A stretch of DNA of 64,000 nt from Octopus vulgaris (taxonomy: Eukaryota). Position numbers and translations under genes: made by a program. Shown one piece after another: positions 63,325 through 64,000 of this stretch. The stretch is from positions 101,370,001 through 101,434,000 of the forward strand of contig OX597819.1 in assembly GCA_951406725.2 (NCBI GenBank), written 5' to 3'. A model generated the notes under the pieces. The model did not search any database. It was not told where the DNA came from and worked only from the letters and a program-made list of their open reading frames with translations. Position 1 is the first letter of the stretch. Each line of letters opens with the position of its first letter.

Positions 63325-64000
63325 ATGTAAAGGTAAAATCTAAAGTGTAAGGATCAAGGTGTAGGAAATTAGCGACCTTCAAGCAATCCATAGATATAAA
63401 AAGCAACTTTCAGGAACAATAGTGTTTTATTGGCGCAGAGTAAGATAAGCTAAAAAAAGTTAATTAGCTTAACGACGGGGGTTGTGTTATATGTTTATAA
63501 ACATTCGAAATTTAGGGAATGGAGAAAATAAAATCCAGGCTACATATGTTTCATAGCTAGCGGAATCACGGAAATAGTAAATTATCCAAATGCCAGGTAG
63601 GCCGCAAGCTACTTTTCTGGCCAATGATTGTATGAAGTTTACTCTGTCCTTAGGAGTTCCCATATAAACTCGTTGGGGATTCGATCGAAATTTTGGATAT
63701 AAATATATATAGCCATACATGCTAAAACACACCCAAACAGACACACACAGAGATATATATTAGGGGGGCTAGTTTCCTTAATGTACAACTCCTGTTTAGG
63801 CAGTAAGGCATGATTTGAGGGCATACATAGATTACAAACAGGCAAATTAACACAGAAAGAATTGCATAGAGATATAAACCGGTACGTACATACATAGACA
63901 CGCAATAACAGTCAGAAACGTGCACACAATAACACATACACATAGAGAAACAGGTCAGACGAAGTTTTGTCTTTTGTAACTTATTTCCGCAGTGCATGCA

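Overview
AT-rich eukaryotic non-coding DNA saturated with microsatellites ((TA)n, (CA)n, (TAA)n, (GATA)n). The SINE repertoire suggests an octopus/cephalopod genome (inference). No intact host gene is visible, and most ORF-track entries are microsatellite artefacts. The window is an archive of decayed mobile elements: two abundant tRNA-like SINE families (A and B), CR1/L2-group and RTE LINE remnants, Hero-like and R4/Dong-like RLE retrotransposons, Penelope-like fragments, DD37D and DD41D Tc1/mariner fossils, MITEs and three non-autonomous Helitrons. Most notable: (i) a Hero-like element bracketed by a ~88-bp direct repeat, with a long structured 3' UTR ending in two hammerhead-core-like motif pairs; (ii) a 113-bp inverted templated insertion between 54-bp direct repeats; (iii) a ~340-bp foldback carrying a minimal-hammerhead-like motif; (iv) repeated insertions into the internal (TA)n of SINE-B; (v) 3' tails shared between SINEs and other elements in the window. 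All calls were made by eye, and boundaries are approximate unless a motif is quoted.
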